From positions 96,001 through 160,000 of the IMG/VR virus record IMGVR_UViG_3300032156_000001: a stretch of DNA of 64,000 nucleotides. One strand, given 5' to 3'. The position numbers were made by a program, and so were the translations under genes. Source of the DNA: a virus. The notes under the pieces are model-generated. The model was not told where the DNA came from. It ran no database searches and saw only the letters and a list, made by a program, of their open reading frames with translations. This document shows, in pieces, positions 28,140 through 38,212 of the stretch; the first letter of the stretch is position 1; each line of letters starts with the position of its first letter.

Positions 28140-29029
28140 GCCAGGATCTTGCTACCTTGAAGCTCGTCATGGAGACCGTGGCGGAGGTCCAGCGGCGCTG
28201 GGAGAAGCGGGGCTTCGTCCCGCTCGATTCCTCCGGCATGATGGTGCAGCCGCAGCAGCAGATGGATCCCTCGATGGGCGGGATGCCCGGCGGGCAGCCG
28301 CCGGGAGCTCCTCCGGGGCCCATGCCCCCCGGCGGCGCGCCCCCGCCCGGCGCGGGCGGAATGCCCCCGGGAGCGCCACCGGAAGCCGGTGGAATGCCGC
28401 CGGAAGCCGGCGGCGCTGCTCCCGGTGGGGCTCCTCCCGGCCAGCCCGTCATGGTCAGCCTGAACGACCTGATCCAGCTGTTCCAGATGATCGTCCAGCA
28501 GCTCGGCGGCGCGGCTGCCCCTGGCGGGGCGGCCGCCCCGGCGCAGGCCCCCGCGGAAGCGCCCAAGAAGGGCAAGGTCGCCGTGGAAGAACAGCTGGCG
28601 CAACTGAACGCGAAGCTCGATCAGCTGCTCGGCGCGCTGGGCGGCGGCTCCGCTCCGGCTCCCGCTCCCACCGGGGGCCCTCCTGCTGCCGCCCCCGCCG
28701 AGCCGACGCAGGCCGGCCCCGTCGCGCCCGCGGCGCCGATGCAGGTCCAGGCCAGCGCGATCGGCAAGCCGGAAGAGGACCCCGGCGAGCCGCCTTCGCT
28801 GTCCGACCCGATCAAGACGGCCGAGATCCCGACGAGCGGCCCGGCGAACCCCGCGCTTGGCGCGGCGACCCCGGCCGCCGCAGTTCCTCCGCCGGCGCTT
28901 CCCCCGCCGGCCTCGATGCAGCCGCCCACCGCTGTCGCCATGCAGCAGCCGGCAGGTGGGCTGGCGGGTGCCAAGGCGCAGTCGATGGCCAAGAGGATAA
29001 CCGAACTGAGAGGAGCGCCCAAGAAGTGA
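28136..29029 (+). CDS. Pro/Gly/Ala-rich hypothetical protein
   Basis: ATGA overlap with the RNAP stop; frame of track ORF 27779..29029. Confidence 0.75.
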   Translation: MSQDLATLKLVMETVAEVQRRWEKRGFVPLDSSGMMVQPQQQMDPSMGGMPGGQPPGAPPGPMPPGGAPPPGAGGMPPGAPPEAGGMPPEAGGAAPGGAPPGQPVMVSLNDLIQLFQMIVQQLGGAAAPGGAAAPAQAPAEAPKKGKVAVEEQLAQLNAKLDQLLGALGGGSAPAPAPTGGPPAAAPAEPTQAGPVAPAAPMQVQASAIGKPEEDPGEPPSLSDPIKTAEIPTSGPANPALGAATPAAAVPPPALPPPASMQPPTAVAMQQPAGGLAGAKAQSMAKRITELRGAPKK

Positions 29030-29253
29030 AGGTGCGCGTGCAGTCAGGCGACATGAGCTCCGTGGAGTTGGAGGACGCCCGCAGCGCGGTGGTCATAGAC
29101 GACCACGGGCAGCCGATCGTGCTGGTGCAGTCGATGGCGCCTGGCCAAGTCCTGGTAGCGCGGGCGTCGGACCCGAACTTCAGGAAGCAGATCGAGGCGC
29201 TCGGCATAGGGTTGCGAGCCGATTTCGAGGTGCGAAAGGGCCATGCGAGCTGA
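29026..29253 (+). CDS. Hypothetical protein (75 aa)
   Basis: GTGA coupling; AGGAG upstream; globular-looking sequence VKVRVQSGD. Confidence 0.6.
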   Translation: MKVRVQSGDMSSVELEDARSAVVIDDHGQPIVLVQSMAPGQVLVARASDPNFRKQIEALGIGLRADFEVRKGHAS

Positions 29254-32200
29254 CTGGTTCACGGACGCCGTTTACGCCTCCGCGTTGCCGCCGGCTGTCA
29301 AGGAAGTGGCAGGGTGGGGCGGCGCCGGTCGGGCTTTCGGGGGGCGCACGTTCGCCGCCCCGGTCTTCGGGCGGCTCTTCGGACGGACGGCGGCGCCTGC
29401 GGCAGAACAGGCCGCTGCAGGCGCCGCTGCGCGCATCGTGCCGGTAGCAAAGGGGACCGCTGCGGCTGCCGGAACGGCCGCGCGGCCGGGCGCTTTGGCT
29501 GCACTCGGGCAACAGTTCCGGCCGGGCAACGTGGCGTCCCAGTTTTCCCGGCAGCTCGGCTTGGGCGGGTTGGGGACCGCCGCAAGAGGGGAACTGACGT
29601 CGCAATTGCGTTCCGGCGGGCGCATAGGGGAAGAACTGGTAAGGCAGTTCGGCCTTGGCAGCCCCGCGATGGCCGCGCTGGCGCCTGGCATAGCGACACG
29701 GCGCATGGCGGCGCAGCTGGCCCTTCGACCGCCGGTTCCCGCCTTGCAAGGCATCAAGTGGCAGGCGGGTGAAGCGGGTCCGCCCGGCTTGCGTTCCTTG
29801 GTGCCGTCGAGAATGCCGCACGAGCCGGGAGGGACAGTGGAACGCGCCGTCCCGGGGGAACAGTTGGGCGGCGTTCGCATCGGCGGGCGCACGCAGGCGT
29901 ACGCGGAGTCTCCCTCCGGGACCGCCACCGTGCTTCCCATCCTGTATCGGCCGCGGCCTGCGCCCGTACCGGCGCCGGCGGCGTCGATGACTACGCACGT
30001 CACGCCCGCGCAGGCGGCATCAGGCACGCCGGCAGCTGCGAAGACGCCCACGCCAGCGCAGGCCGCTTCGGGGACCATGACAACGTCGAGAAGCCGCGGC
30101 ATGAGCATGGCACCGGCGCAAGGCGAGCAGCCGGCCGCGCCCGGCCAGCCGCCGGCAGGGACCCCGTTGACGCAGGAAGCGTTCATGAAAGGCATCGAGT
30201 CGATACGGCCGGAGACGGGCTTCATGGCCGGCGTCAAGGGCATGCTTCCGTGGATGGCGCTAAGCTACGGACCGCAGATGCTCTCGGGTCTTTATCGCGG
30301 ATTCGTCAAGCCGGACGAGGAGGAAGGCCGCGCGCAGGAAGCGCAGGGCCCGCGCTATAGCCACGGCGTTTCGCCGTACGCTAGCCCAGTCGCCGAGTCG
30401 GAACGGTATCGGTACTGGCCGAAAGGCGCTGCGGACGTTTCCAAGGCCTTGGAAAAGTCGGCTAAGCGGACGTGGCGCTCGAAGTCCTTCCGCAAGTTCA
30501 CGCTGCTGCACAGGTTCCCCGGCAAGACGAGGATGTCGGCCATGCGCAGGAAGACCGTCGCGCGCAGCATGCCGTTCGCTGCCAAGTCGGCCTTCTACTG
30601 CGGCTTGGCGAAGCGTTGCGCCGAGCTCGGCCTTGACAGGGACGACGGCAGGGCCGTCGTGGAAGCCCTGCAGAAGCTGGCCTTCGACGGGGAAAATCCA
30701 CGGCCGGAAGAGGAGGAAATAGACCCGCTGTACACTTATGCCCCGGCGGTTGGCGCCGCCGGCGCGGGTCTTCTTGCTGGCGCCGGGACTGGCGGAGGTC
30801 TGCTGGCTTCCGGCGTGGGCGGCACAATGGTTGGCGGCATGGCGCTCTCTCCATTTGAAAGGTTCGCCGAGGGGGTGCGGAGGAGCCACGCGACTGAAGG
30901 TTGGGGAAAGAATTGGCCGCTGCTGTATTCGACCGGTCAGGGCTTCAAGAACATGGTGACCGGCGAATACGGATCCGATCCCTACGGGTCCGCCCCCGCT
31001 TCGGCGGGGAAGGCGGGAAAGGGCGGCGTCGGCACCGACCCGATGGCACTCGACAAGGCAATAGGCACGCTTAAAGATCCGGAAGTGTATAAGCGGATGA
31101 TTCGGGAGGAGAAAGAAAAGTTCGGGCCGATGAACGCGGAAAGATTGAAAGGTTTTCTCAATCTTGCGTATGAGCAAGCGCGAGTAGGCGGCGAGGTGTC
31201 CCCCGGCGAGGCCGCCGCGTCGGCCACCACGGGGATGATCCCCGGCATACGGGGGCTTGACCGCGCCCAAAAGAGCAAGATCCTTCGCAGGCTTCATCCC
31301 GAGTTGGACGCCGTGAAAACATTGCCGGCATTCCAGACGCCGGGGATCGGCGCGGCGCCCGGGGTAGGAACAGCGCCCGGAGTTAGCAGGCCGTCTGGCG
31401 CTGTCGGGCCGCAGGGCACAGCCGCTGCGCCCATGCCGGGTTCGCCGGCAGCTGCCCGAAGGCCCATGAGCGGCCAGAAGTCCACGCGCGACCAGGTCAG
31501 CCTGATAAGGCAGGAAGCAGCCACGCGGCAGGCGCCGGCCGCTCCGAAGGCCCCGGCGCCGACCGGCTCGCCCAGCGCCGCTGCGGCTCCGGCATCGACT
31601 GGTGCGGCACCGCGACCGTGGTCCGCCCGCGGCGGATTCGAGGGCGCTGAGGGGACCCGTTACGGCATGGCGCAGTCCGGCGGCGAATACGTGCCGCTCA
31701 GCGGCGGCGCCAACACGGAACCTGGCCAGACATACGGCGGCGCGGGGAGCTTCGACATAGACCGAAGGCGCGGCAGCATCGGACTGCCCGTGGCCGCGCG
31801 ACAAGCAATGCAATCGTTCCGTCAACCGCCCAGCGGCGCTTACGCTGCCCCGGAAGGAGCGGTCTACGGCCGCGGGTCCGCAATGGGCGGTCCCGAGCGG
31901 TTCTCGTTCGACCCGTCGGAACGGCTTGTGGGGACTGCGCTGTCAGCGCTGACGGGAGCGGGCGGCGGACAACCCGCCCCGGCGGCCCAGGGCGTGCCGG
32001 CGGTTGCCGCGCCGCCGGTGCCGTCGCGCATGGCGCGGAGGATCGAGGACGTCGGGGGCGGCGATGAACCGTCCGGTGCCTCGGCCAGGCTCCGGGCTGG
32101 CAGCGTCGCTACCTCGGTGCCGCAGGGGGCAGTGGCCCCGTCATTCGGCGACGTGGCGTCGTCCGTCGGCAAGCCGGGATTCAGTAAGCACATCACGGGT

Positions 32201-32341
32201 CAGGTGCAGCCGACGCCGTCCAGGCCGCTGCCGGGCGCGCCACAGCTGCCGCCGCCCAATCCGGGCGGCCTGGAAGCGATAAGAAGGAGCCGGGAGCTGT
32301 TGAGCGCCCCGATACCGCCCACGGGCTACGCGACTCGGTGA
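29243..32341 (+). CDS. Large low-complexity Ala/Gly/Pro-rich protein (possible head-internal/ejection protein)
   Basis: 1032-aa ORF filling the space between coupled genes; Gly-zipper segments; KxA motifs. Confidence 0.65.
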   Translation: MRADWFTDAVYASALPPAVKEVAGWGGAGRAFGGRTFAAPVFGRLFGRTAAPAAEQAAAGAAARIVPVAKGTAAAAGTAARPGALAALGQQFRPGNVASQFSRQLGLGGLGTAARGELTSQLRSGGRIGEELVRQFGLGSPAMAALAPGIATRRMAAQLALRPPVPALQGIKWQAGEAGPPGLRSLVPSRMPHEPGGTVERAVPGEQLGGVRIGGRTQAYAESPSGTATVLPILYRPRPAPVPAPAASMTTHVTPAQAASGTPAAAKTPTPAQAASGTMTTSRSRGMSMAPAQGEQPAAPGQPPAGTPLTQEAFMKGIESIRPETGFMAGVKGMLPWMALSYGPQMLSGLYRGFVKPDEEEGRAQEAQGPRYSHGVSPYASPVAESERYRYWPKGAADVSKALEKSAKRTWRSKSFRKFTLLHRFPGKTRMSAMRRKTVARSMPFAAKSAFYCGLAKRCAELGLDRDDGRAVVEALQKLAFDGENPRPEEEEIDPLYTYAPAVGAAGAGLLAGAGTGGGLLASGVGGTMVGGMALSPFERFAEGVRRSHATEGWGKNWPLLYSTGQGFKNMVTGEYGSDPYGSAPASAGKAGKGGVGTDPMALDKAIGTLKDPEVYKRMIREEKEKFGPMNAERLKGFLNLAYEQARVGGEVSPGEAAASATTGMIPGIRGLDRAQKSKILRRLHPELDAVKTLPAFQTPGIGAAPGVGTAPGVSRPSGAVGPQGTAAAPMPGSPAAARRPMSGQKSTRDQVSLIRQEAATRQAPAAPKAPAPTGSPSAAAAPASTGAAPRPWSARGGFEGAEGTRYGMAQSGGEYVPLSGGANTEPGQTYGGAGSFDIDRRRGSIGLPVAARQAMQSFRQPPSGAYAAPEGAVYGRGSAMGGPERFSFDPSERLVGTALSALTGAGGGQPAPAAQGVPAVAAPPVPSRMARRIEDVGGGDEPSGASARLRAGSVATSVPQGAVAPSFGDVASSVGKPGFSKHITGQVQPTPSRPLPGAPQLPPPNPGGLEAIRRSRELLSAPIPPTGYATR
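30438..30455. repeat. Palindrome TTTCCAAGGCCTTGGAAA (copy 3, intragenic)
   Basis: Read directly; encodes part of VSKALEK. Confidence 0.9.
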
Positions 32342-32345
32342 CTGA

Positions 32346-34190
32346 ATGCTCACGACGGTCGGACAGCTTCTGGTCAACGAGGAGCTCCCCCCGGGGCTGC
32401 GCGACCATTCGCGCGTCCTCGACCAGGCCGGCGTGGCCAAGCTGTTCGGCGAGATAGAGAAGGCCGACAAGGGCAAGTTCGCCGACATCAACAGGCGGCT
32501 GCACGACATCGGCCAGCTGGTGTCCACCAGGCAGGGCCGCGAGACGAGCCTGTCGCTGGACGCCCTGCGCCCTTCCAAGGGCGTCGCCGACGAGCGCGCC
32601 AAGCTGGACCGCGAGGTGAAACTGATCCTGGCCGGCCCGGGCGACACGGCGGAGAAGCACAGGAAGATCGTCGAGGCCATCGCCGGCAAGGCCGACAGGA
32701 TCACCGAGCTGAACTACCAGGAAGGCCTGAAGGACCGCAACCCGTTCGCGCTGCAAATCCTGTCGGGCAGCCGCGGCAACAAGGTACAGTTCAGGACGCT
32801 GCGCGCGGGCGACCTGTTGGTAACCGATCACAGGGATGAGCCCGTGCCGGTGCCAATGCTGTCGTCCTACGCTGAGGGGCTCGACCCGGTGCAGTATTGG
32901 GCGGGAGCGTATGGCGCCCGCCGAAGCGAGATTTTGAAAAAGTTCTCCACCCCGAAGGCCGGCTACCTCGGCAAGCAGCTCGCCATGGCGGCGCACAGGC
33001 TCGTCGTGACGGAGAAGGACTGCGGCACTTCCACCGGCGTGCCGGCGACGGCCGACGATCCCGACAACGAGGGTGCCGTCCTGGCAACCGACGCGGCCGG
33101 CATCCGGGCCGGGACGGTGCTGACGCCGGACATCATGCGGAAGCTGGGGGACAAGAAGATCCTCGTCAGGTCGGCGCTGACCTGCCAGGCGGAGCGCGGC
33201 CTGTGCGGCAAGTGCGCTGGCGTACGCGAGACAGGCGCGCTGCCGTCGATCGGCTCGCATATCGGCATCGCGGCGGCGCACGCGCTTTCAGAGCCGTTGT
33301 CACAGGGGTCTCTGGGCGCGAAACATTTGGGCGGGACCGTCTCCTCCGGCCAGAGATCGAAGGACGACGCGCTCGACGTGGTCAACAGGCTGGTCCAAGT
33401 GCCGGAGGCGTTCCCCGGCGCGGCGGCGGTCGCTACCAACGACGGCCGCGTGGAGCGCGTCGAGGATGCGCCGCAGGGCGGCACGACGGTCGTCATAGGC
33501 GGCAAGGAGCACTGGGCGGCGCCGGGCCAGAAGATCATGGTGAAGAAGAACGACGAAGTCGAAGCTGGCGACGTCATCAGCGACGGCATGCCTAATCCCG
33601 CCGACATCGTGAAGCACAAGGGCATCGGCGAGGGCAGGCGCTACTTCACGGACCTGTTCAGGAAGACGCTGGCGCAGCACGGATTCAAGCAGAACAGGCG
33701 GAACGTGGAGCTGGTGGCCCGCGGCCTGATCAACCACGTGCGCATCACGGGGCTGCACGGGCCGAACCACACCGTCATGGACGACCTGGTGGAGTTCGAC
33801 CCGCTCATGCGCGGCTACGAGCCCAGGGAGGGCAGCGTTTCCGTCACGCCGAAGGAAGCCAGGGGTTTCTTTCTGGAAAGGCCCGTGCTACATTACTCGG
33901 TGGGCACGCGGATCACGCCGCGGATGGCGGCGGAGCTGCACGGGAACGGCGTCAAGAGCGTCACGGCGCACCGTGAGCCGCCGCCGTTCGAGCCGGAGAT
34001 GGTGCGGGCGGTCGAAACGATGGCGCACGCGGACGACTGGATGCTGCGGCTGGGAGGCCTGTACGGCATCCAGCGCAGCTTCTTGAAGTCCGTCCACCGC
34101 GGCGGCACCTCCGATCCGACGGGGACGTCCTACATCCCGGCGCTGGCGGAGGGCACCGGCCTGCGGGGGTTGGAAGACGAGGAGGATTAG
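32346..34190 (+). CDS. RNA polymerase beta' C-terminal half
   Basis: TTVGQLL start, SGSRGN, bridge helix YGARR...AGYL, VVTEKDCGT, Zn site VRSALTC...LCGKCAG, trigger loop GIAAAHALSEPLSQ...KHLGG. Confidence 0.93.
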   Translation: MLTTVGQLLVNEELPPGLRDHSRVLDQAGVAKLFGEIEKADKGKFADINRRLHDIGQLVSTRQGRETSLSLDALRPSKGVADERAKLDREVKLILAGPGDTAEKHRKIVEAIAGKADRITELNYQEGLKDRNPFALQILSGSRGNKVQFRTLRAGDLLVTDHRDEPVPVPMLSSYAEGLDPVQYWAGAYGARRSEILKKFSTPKAGYLGKQLAMAAHRLVVTEKDCGTSTGVPATADDPDNEGAVLATDAAGIRAGTVLTPDIMRKLGDKKILVRSALTCQAERGLCGKCAGVRETGALPSIGSHIGIAAAHALSEPLSQGSLGAKHLGGTVSSGQRSKDDALDVVNRLVQVPEAFPGAAAVATNDGRVERVEDAPQGGTTVVIGGKEHWAAPGQKIMVKKNDEVEAGDVISDGMPNPADIVKHKGIGEGRRYFTDLFRKTLAQHGFKQNRRNVELVARGLINHVRITGLHGPNHTVMDDLVEFDPLMRGYEPREGSVSVTPKEARGFFLERPVLHYSVGTRITPRMAAELHGNGVKSVTAHREPPPFEPEMVRAVETMAHADDWMLRLGGLYGIQRSFLKSVHRGGTSDPTGTSYIPALAEGTGLRGLEDEED

Positions 34191-34192
34191 TA

Positions 34193-34828
34193 ATGCGTTC
34201 CGAACGGGCGTTCGCGTACCGGCTTGGCCGCAAGATCGGCGAGTTGGCGAAGGAAGCGGCGGGGCCGGGCCTGCCTTCCAGCGCCACGGCCCGGCAAAGG
34301 GCGGCTTCCGCCGGTGGCGGCGGCCTGCTCGGCGCCGTCGGCGGCGCGGGCATGGGCCTGGCCGGCCTGTTCAGCCCCCGTGCGGAGAAGCGCATCACGG
34401 AGTGGGGCGGCCAAGGCAGGACCGGTCGGATAGGACAGGCGATGGCGGCCCGCCGCCTCGGCAAGTACATGCTCGGCGTGCCGGCCGCCGCGATGGTCCT
34501 GCCGGAACTGTACACGCACGCGTTCGGCTCGCAGGGCCTCATTCATAAGCTGTTGGGTCAGGCCACCACCGATCCGCGGCTGGCGGTGCCGGATCCCTAT
34601 GGCGGCATCGACATGTCGCGGATGGGCGGATTCGGCCCCAGCTACATGCAGGCCTGGAACGCCTACGCCAAGGCGCAGGCGGAGCGCAGGAAGCAGATGT
34701 GGGAGCTCGGCCAGGCGGACCGCGTCGCGGCCGGCCTGCCGCCCATCCCGTACGAGGCCGGCTACGCCGGGCTCGGGCCCTCGGCCGGCGGCATGGGCTA
34801 CGCGCCGTCGGCGTCGTACTGGCGGTAG
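34193..34828 (+). CDS. Hypothetical virion-module protein (Gly-zipper)
   Basis: Starts 2 nt after the beta' stop; hydrophobic Gly-rich segments. Confidence 0.7.
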   Translation: MRSERAFAYRLGRKIGELAKEAAGPGLPSSATARQRAASAGGGGLLGAVGGAGMGLAGLFSPRAEKRITEWGGQGRTGRIGQAMAARRLGKYMLGVPAAAMVLPELYTHAFGSQGLIHKLLGQATTDPRLAVPDPYGGIDMSRMGGFGPSYMQAWNAYAKAQAERRKQMWELGQADRVAAGLPPIPYEAGYAGLGPSAGGMGYAPSASYWR

Positions 34829-34865
34829 GGCTGTCGGCCGTTTCACGTTTGCGAGGAGCTGAGCC

Positions 34866-37379
34866 ATGCCTGTGCCGCAGTCGACGGAGACGAACTTCGA
34901 GCGGGCGTTCTCCGACCTCGCCTTCGCGCGCCTGCGCGACAAGGCGCCCGCCCTGCTCGACCATCTCGTCGGCTTCCAGCTGATCGACAAGAACGACGAG
35001 GACACGCACGCCGTCGGCGTGTTCGGCTTCAAGCTCGGCCGGGAGTGGATCTTCGCCCCCGTGTTCTTCATCAACGGCGAGCTGAAGGGCCACGAGCTCC
35101 TGTACCTCAAGGACCGCGACGCGTTCGTGCCGATGACGGAGGCCTGGGTCAACTACCTGCTCAACAGGAAGCCGCGGATCCTCGGCGAGGCCGAGCAGAT
35201 CCCCAGGGACCAGATCGGGCTCAGGCAGCCCGACTTCAACATCTTCACCCGCTCCCCGCTCACCGGCGCCAAGTACGCCTCAGCGCGGCTCACCATCAAC
35301 GAGGTCATCAGGCGGGCGAAGCCGGAGTTCGCCGCGTTCATCGACTCGGCGTTCCGCGTCGGGCCGAAGCACGCGAAGTATGCGTCGGTTGACAAGACCA
35401 CCAGCCTGCCGATCGCGCTGCGCATCCTGGGCAAGCAGGCGCAGCGGAACCTCGAGATGACCATGCGGGCCGACCCGGCCTTCGCCGACGCGGTCTGCAA
35501 GTTCTACGACTGGCAGGAGCTCACCGGGGCCAAGGAAGCCAAGACGAAGCTGACCCGCGAGGAAGCCCGGTACATGGCGTCCGCCGCGGCCAACAAGTGC
35601 AAGGACTGCGACCACCACGACGCCCCCAAGTGCGCCATAGTGGAAGGCGAGGTGGCCGGCAGCGGCGGCTGCGCGCACTTCAAGATGAACACGGTCCGCA
35701 ACAGGATCGAGCCGGTCTCGGACAACCTGGCCCTGCCGCTCGCGGGCGCGAAGTCCGCCGTGGCGCTGGACCAGGCCGTGCAGAAGATGCGCGGCAAGAA
35801 GAAGAGCACGCTGCCGCGGCAGGTCGTGGTCATCCGCGACGACGACAACTCCAGCACGCTGTACCAGCTAACGGCGCAGGAGAAGGAGCAGCTGGCCCAG
35901 CACAAGTACGTCGTCCACAGGGTCGTGGAGGACCCGCGCAAGGGCGAGACGGGCACCAAGGTGTTCCGCTCGCAACTGCAGCTGACCCTTCAGGTCCCCA
36001 CGAAGACGGGCTTCTACGACATCATGATGGCCGACGGCAGCGCGCGGAAGCTGCTCGTCCTGTGCGACCAGTTGCTGGTCGGCTGGAACGCCAAGAAGGA
36101 CCCGCCGTCCGTCACCGTCATAGACACGGAGAAGAAGCAGTTCGGCGTCTACTCGCCGCACGAGATCCTGACCTCCAAGTGGTACGGCGACGACGAGCTG
36201 AAGGACTGGGCGAACAAGCTGCCCGACGCCGGCGAGCTGACGCCAGGCGCCTGCGCGATCCTCATCTCGCCCGCCGGCTCGGCCACCAACGTCTTCGAGG
36301 TCAACCGCAAGGACACGACCGCCGACGGCTTGGCCACCCTGTCCGTGAGCAGCTACTGGGACGCCTCCAAGGACTCGATGCTCAGCGACAAGCGCACGTT
36401 CCTGTCGAAGAGCCGCGAATACGCGTCCGACGACGTGGAGTCGATCACCCTCAGCGGCAAGGAAGGCGACAAGCCGGTGGTGCTGCACCGCAGCGCGTTC
36501 GTCCCCAAGGAGCTGAAGGCGTTCGTGCTTCACCGCAGGTCGCAAGCCCGACACGAGGCCCCGGCGACGCCCGACTCGTACGGGCCGTCCAGCATGGGTC
36601 CCGGCTCCCTGTCCAACACGCTGCTGAAGGCGGCGCTGGACAAGGAGATCCACAAGGTCCAGGTCACCACCGACGGCATCGGCTACGTGGCCATCGAGGA
36701 CGGCAAGCAGGGCCCGTACCTCGGCAAGATCGCCATGCTGAAGCACCTCATCGAGGACCACGGCGCCGGCGAGCAGGATGCGCTCGCCATGCTGAAGGCG
36801 GCGTCGGGGGCCGACAGGGCCCCGGTCTTCCTGGTCAAGCACGGCGACTACTACGACGGCGCGTACTCCGCGATGCCGATGACGCCGTACTTCCCCGACC
36901 AGATGGTCGGCCAGGAGGACGGGATCAAGGCGCCGGTGACGTACGACCAGACCGACGTGCTGCCGCTGACGAACATCGACAACTCCACGTCCAGGTCGGC
37001 GTACATGGACGACAGGTACGTCGACGACCAGGCCAAGCGGTTCGCCACCTACGCCGCCAATCAGGGGCAAAAGGAGGTCCTGGACACGGCGGTCATCGGC
37101 GGGCTGGTCAAGACGATGGACTCCGACGCGCTGACCGACAGCTACATGAGCGACCTGCTGCTGGCGCTGGACCGGCTCGGCCGCATCCTGTTCATGTACT
37201 ACTGGCACAACGACAAGTTCCGCGAGCGGTACGGCCAGCAGGACATGATCGAGCTCGAGGACAGCCTGCGGAACGTCTTCAAGCAGCTGGGCGAGCTGAC
37301 GCTGTTCCTGAAGCAGAAGACGATAGAGCCGGAGGCGCCGGGCTCCGAGATCGAGCTGCCCAACGCCGTTCCCTCGTAG
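34866..37379 (+). CDS. Large hypothetical head-module protein (837 aa)
   Basis: GAGGAG RBS; strong codon bias; internal CxxC...C...C cluster (CKDCDH..KC...C). Confidence 0.8.
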   Translation: MPVPQSTETNFERAFSDLAFARLRDKAPALLDHLVGFQLIDKNDEDTHAVGVFGFKLGREWIFAPVFFINGELKGHELLYLKDRDAFVPMTEAWVNYLLNRKPRILGEAEQIPRDQIGLRQPDFNIFTRSPLTGAKYASARLTINEVIRRAKPEFAAFIDSAFRVGPKHAKYASVDKTTSLPIALRILGKQAQRNLEMTMRADPAFADAVCKFYDWQELTGAKEAKTKLTREEARYMASAAANKCKDCDHHDAPKCAIVEGEVAGSGGCAHFKMNTVRNRIEPVSDNLALPLAGAKSAVALDQAVQKMRGKKKSTLPRQVVVIRDDDNSSTLYQLTAQEKEQLAQHKYVVHRVVEDPRKGETGTKVFRSQLQLTLQVPTKTGFYDIMMADGSARKLLVLCDQLLVGWNAKKDPPSVTVIDTEKKQFGVYSPHEILTSKWYGDDELKDWANKLPDAGELTPGACAILISPAGSATNVFEVNRKDTTADGLATLSVSSYWDASKDSMLSDKRTFLSKSREYASDDVESITLSGKEGDKPVVLHRSAFVPKELKAFVLHRRSQARHEAPATPDSYGPSSMGPGSLSNTLLKAALDKEIHKVQVTTDGIGYVAIEDGKQGPYLGKIAMLKHLIEDHGAGEQDALAMLKAASGADRAPVFLVKHGDYYDGAYSAMPMTPYFPDQMVGQEDGIKAPVTYDQTDVLPLTNIDNSTSRSAYMDDRYVDDQAKRFATYAANQGQKEVLDTAVIGGLVKTMDSDALTDSYMSDLLLALDRLGRILFMYYWHNDKFRERYGQQDMIELEDSLRNVFKQLGELTLFLKQKTIEPEAPGSEIELPNAVPS

Positions 37380-37387
37380 GGGCGACA

Positions 37388-38212
37388 ATGGCGTCCGAGC
37401 CCGACACCCTCAACGCGCCGGACTGGCGCTGGTCGATCGCCGGTGAGATGGTGCGCCGCAGCGATCCCCCCGACCGCGGTTCCGACAGGCTGCTGATCCA
37501 GGCATACCGCTTCCTGGTGCGGTTCAAGGATCCGGCGGCGACGGCGCGGTTGCGCCTGCGGAAGGACTACCCGGAGATATACGCCGCGCACGCGCTGTAC
37601 CGCGACCCCCTCAGCGAGCGCTGGCTCATCGAGGCCGGCCTGCTGTCCGACGTGCCGTTCCAGGAGCTCGCCGAGTACGTGGCGCAGACGGCCAGGACCG
37701 TGGAGACGTACGGGGCCCTCTTCTTCGACGTGAAGGAGAAGATGAAGTCGCGCGGCTGGGTCATGACGCGCATCCTGATGCCGCCGCGGATGGCCAGCCA
37801 GCCGACGGACCTGGACTTCCTGCTGAAGGCGGTAGCCTACTTCGCCGGCTGGGGCGTCCTGCGCGAGTACCTGGAGGCCAAGCGGCTGAGCCCCGGCGCG
37901 CGCACGTACCTGACGGAGGACTACCGCGACCAGGTGTTGCGCCGCAGCTGGGAGGCGGCCCACAGGGTCGAGATCAACAAGTTCAACGTCGTCGAGGTCA
38001 TGGAGATGCAGCTAAAGGCCATGGCGCTGGACCTGCAGCGCGGGGCCGTTTCGGAGCCCGAATTGGTCATCCGGTTGAACGCCGTGTTCGGCGGCTGTAG
38101 AATAGGCGTCGCGGCCCCGGTGCCGATGATAGACGAGCTTGGGCCGAAGGCGCTGGCGCTCCCGGTGCCCATCCGGGACGAGGAGAAAGCGGGAGATGGA
38201 AAAGCTCAGTGA
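37388..38212 (+). CDS. Hypothetical protein (274 aa)
   Basis: ATG after AGGGG; this is the genuine 3' part of track ORF 35597..38212. Confidence 0.75.
   Translation: MASEPDTLNAPDWRWSIAGEMVRRSDPPDRGSDRLLIQAYRFLVRFKDPAATARLRLRKDYPEIYAAHALYRDPLSERWLIEAGLLSDVPFQELAEYVAQTARTVETYGALFFDVKEKMKSRGWVMTRILMPPRMASQPTDLDFLLKAVAYFAGWGVLREYLEAKRLSPGARTYLTEDYRDQVLRRSWEAAHRVEINKFNVVEVMEMQLKAMALDLQRGAVSEPELVIRLNAVFGGCRIGVAAPVPMIDELGPKALALPVPIRDEEKAGDGKAQ

Noticed and set aside
21765-34190. Ordinary bacterial rpoBC operon
   Set aside because: The sequence is highly divergent, fused and split, there are no ribosomal protein neighbours, and it is embedded among virion genes.
35597-37387. 5' part of the 871-aa track ORF 35597..38212
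   Set aside because: It overlaps the well-biased 34866..37379 gene in another frame; only the portion from ATG 37388 looks coding.
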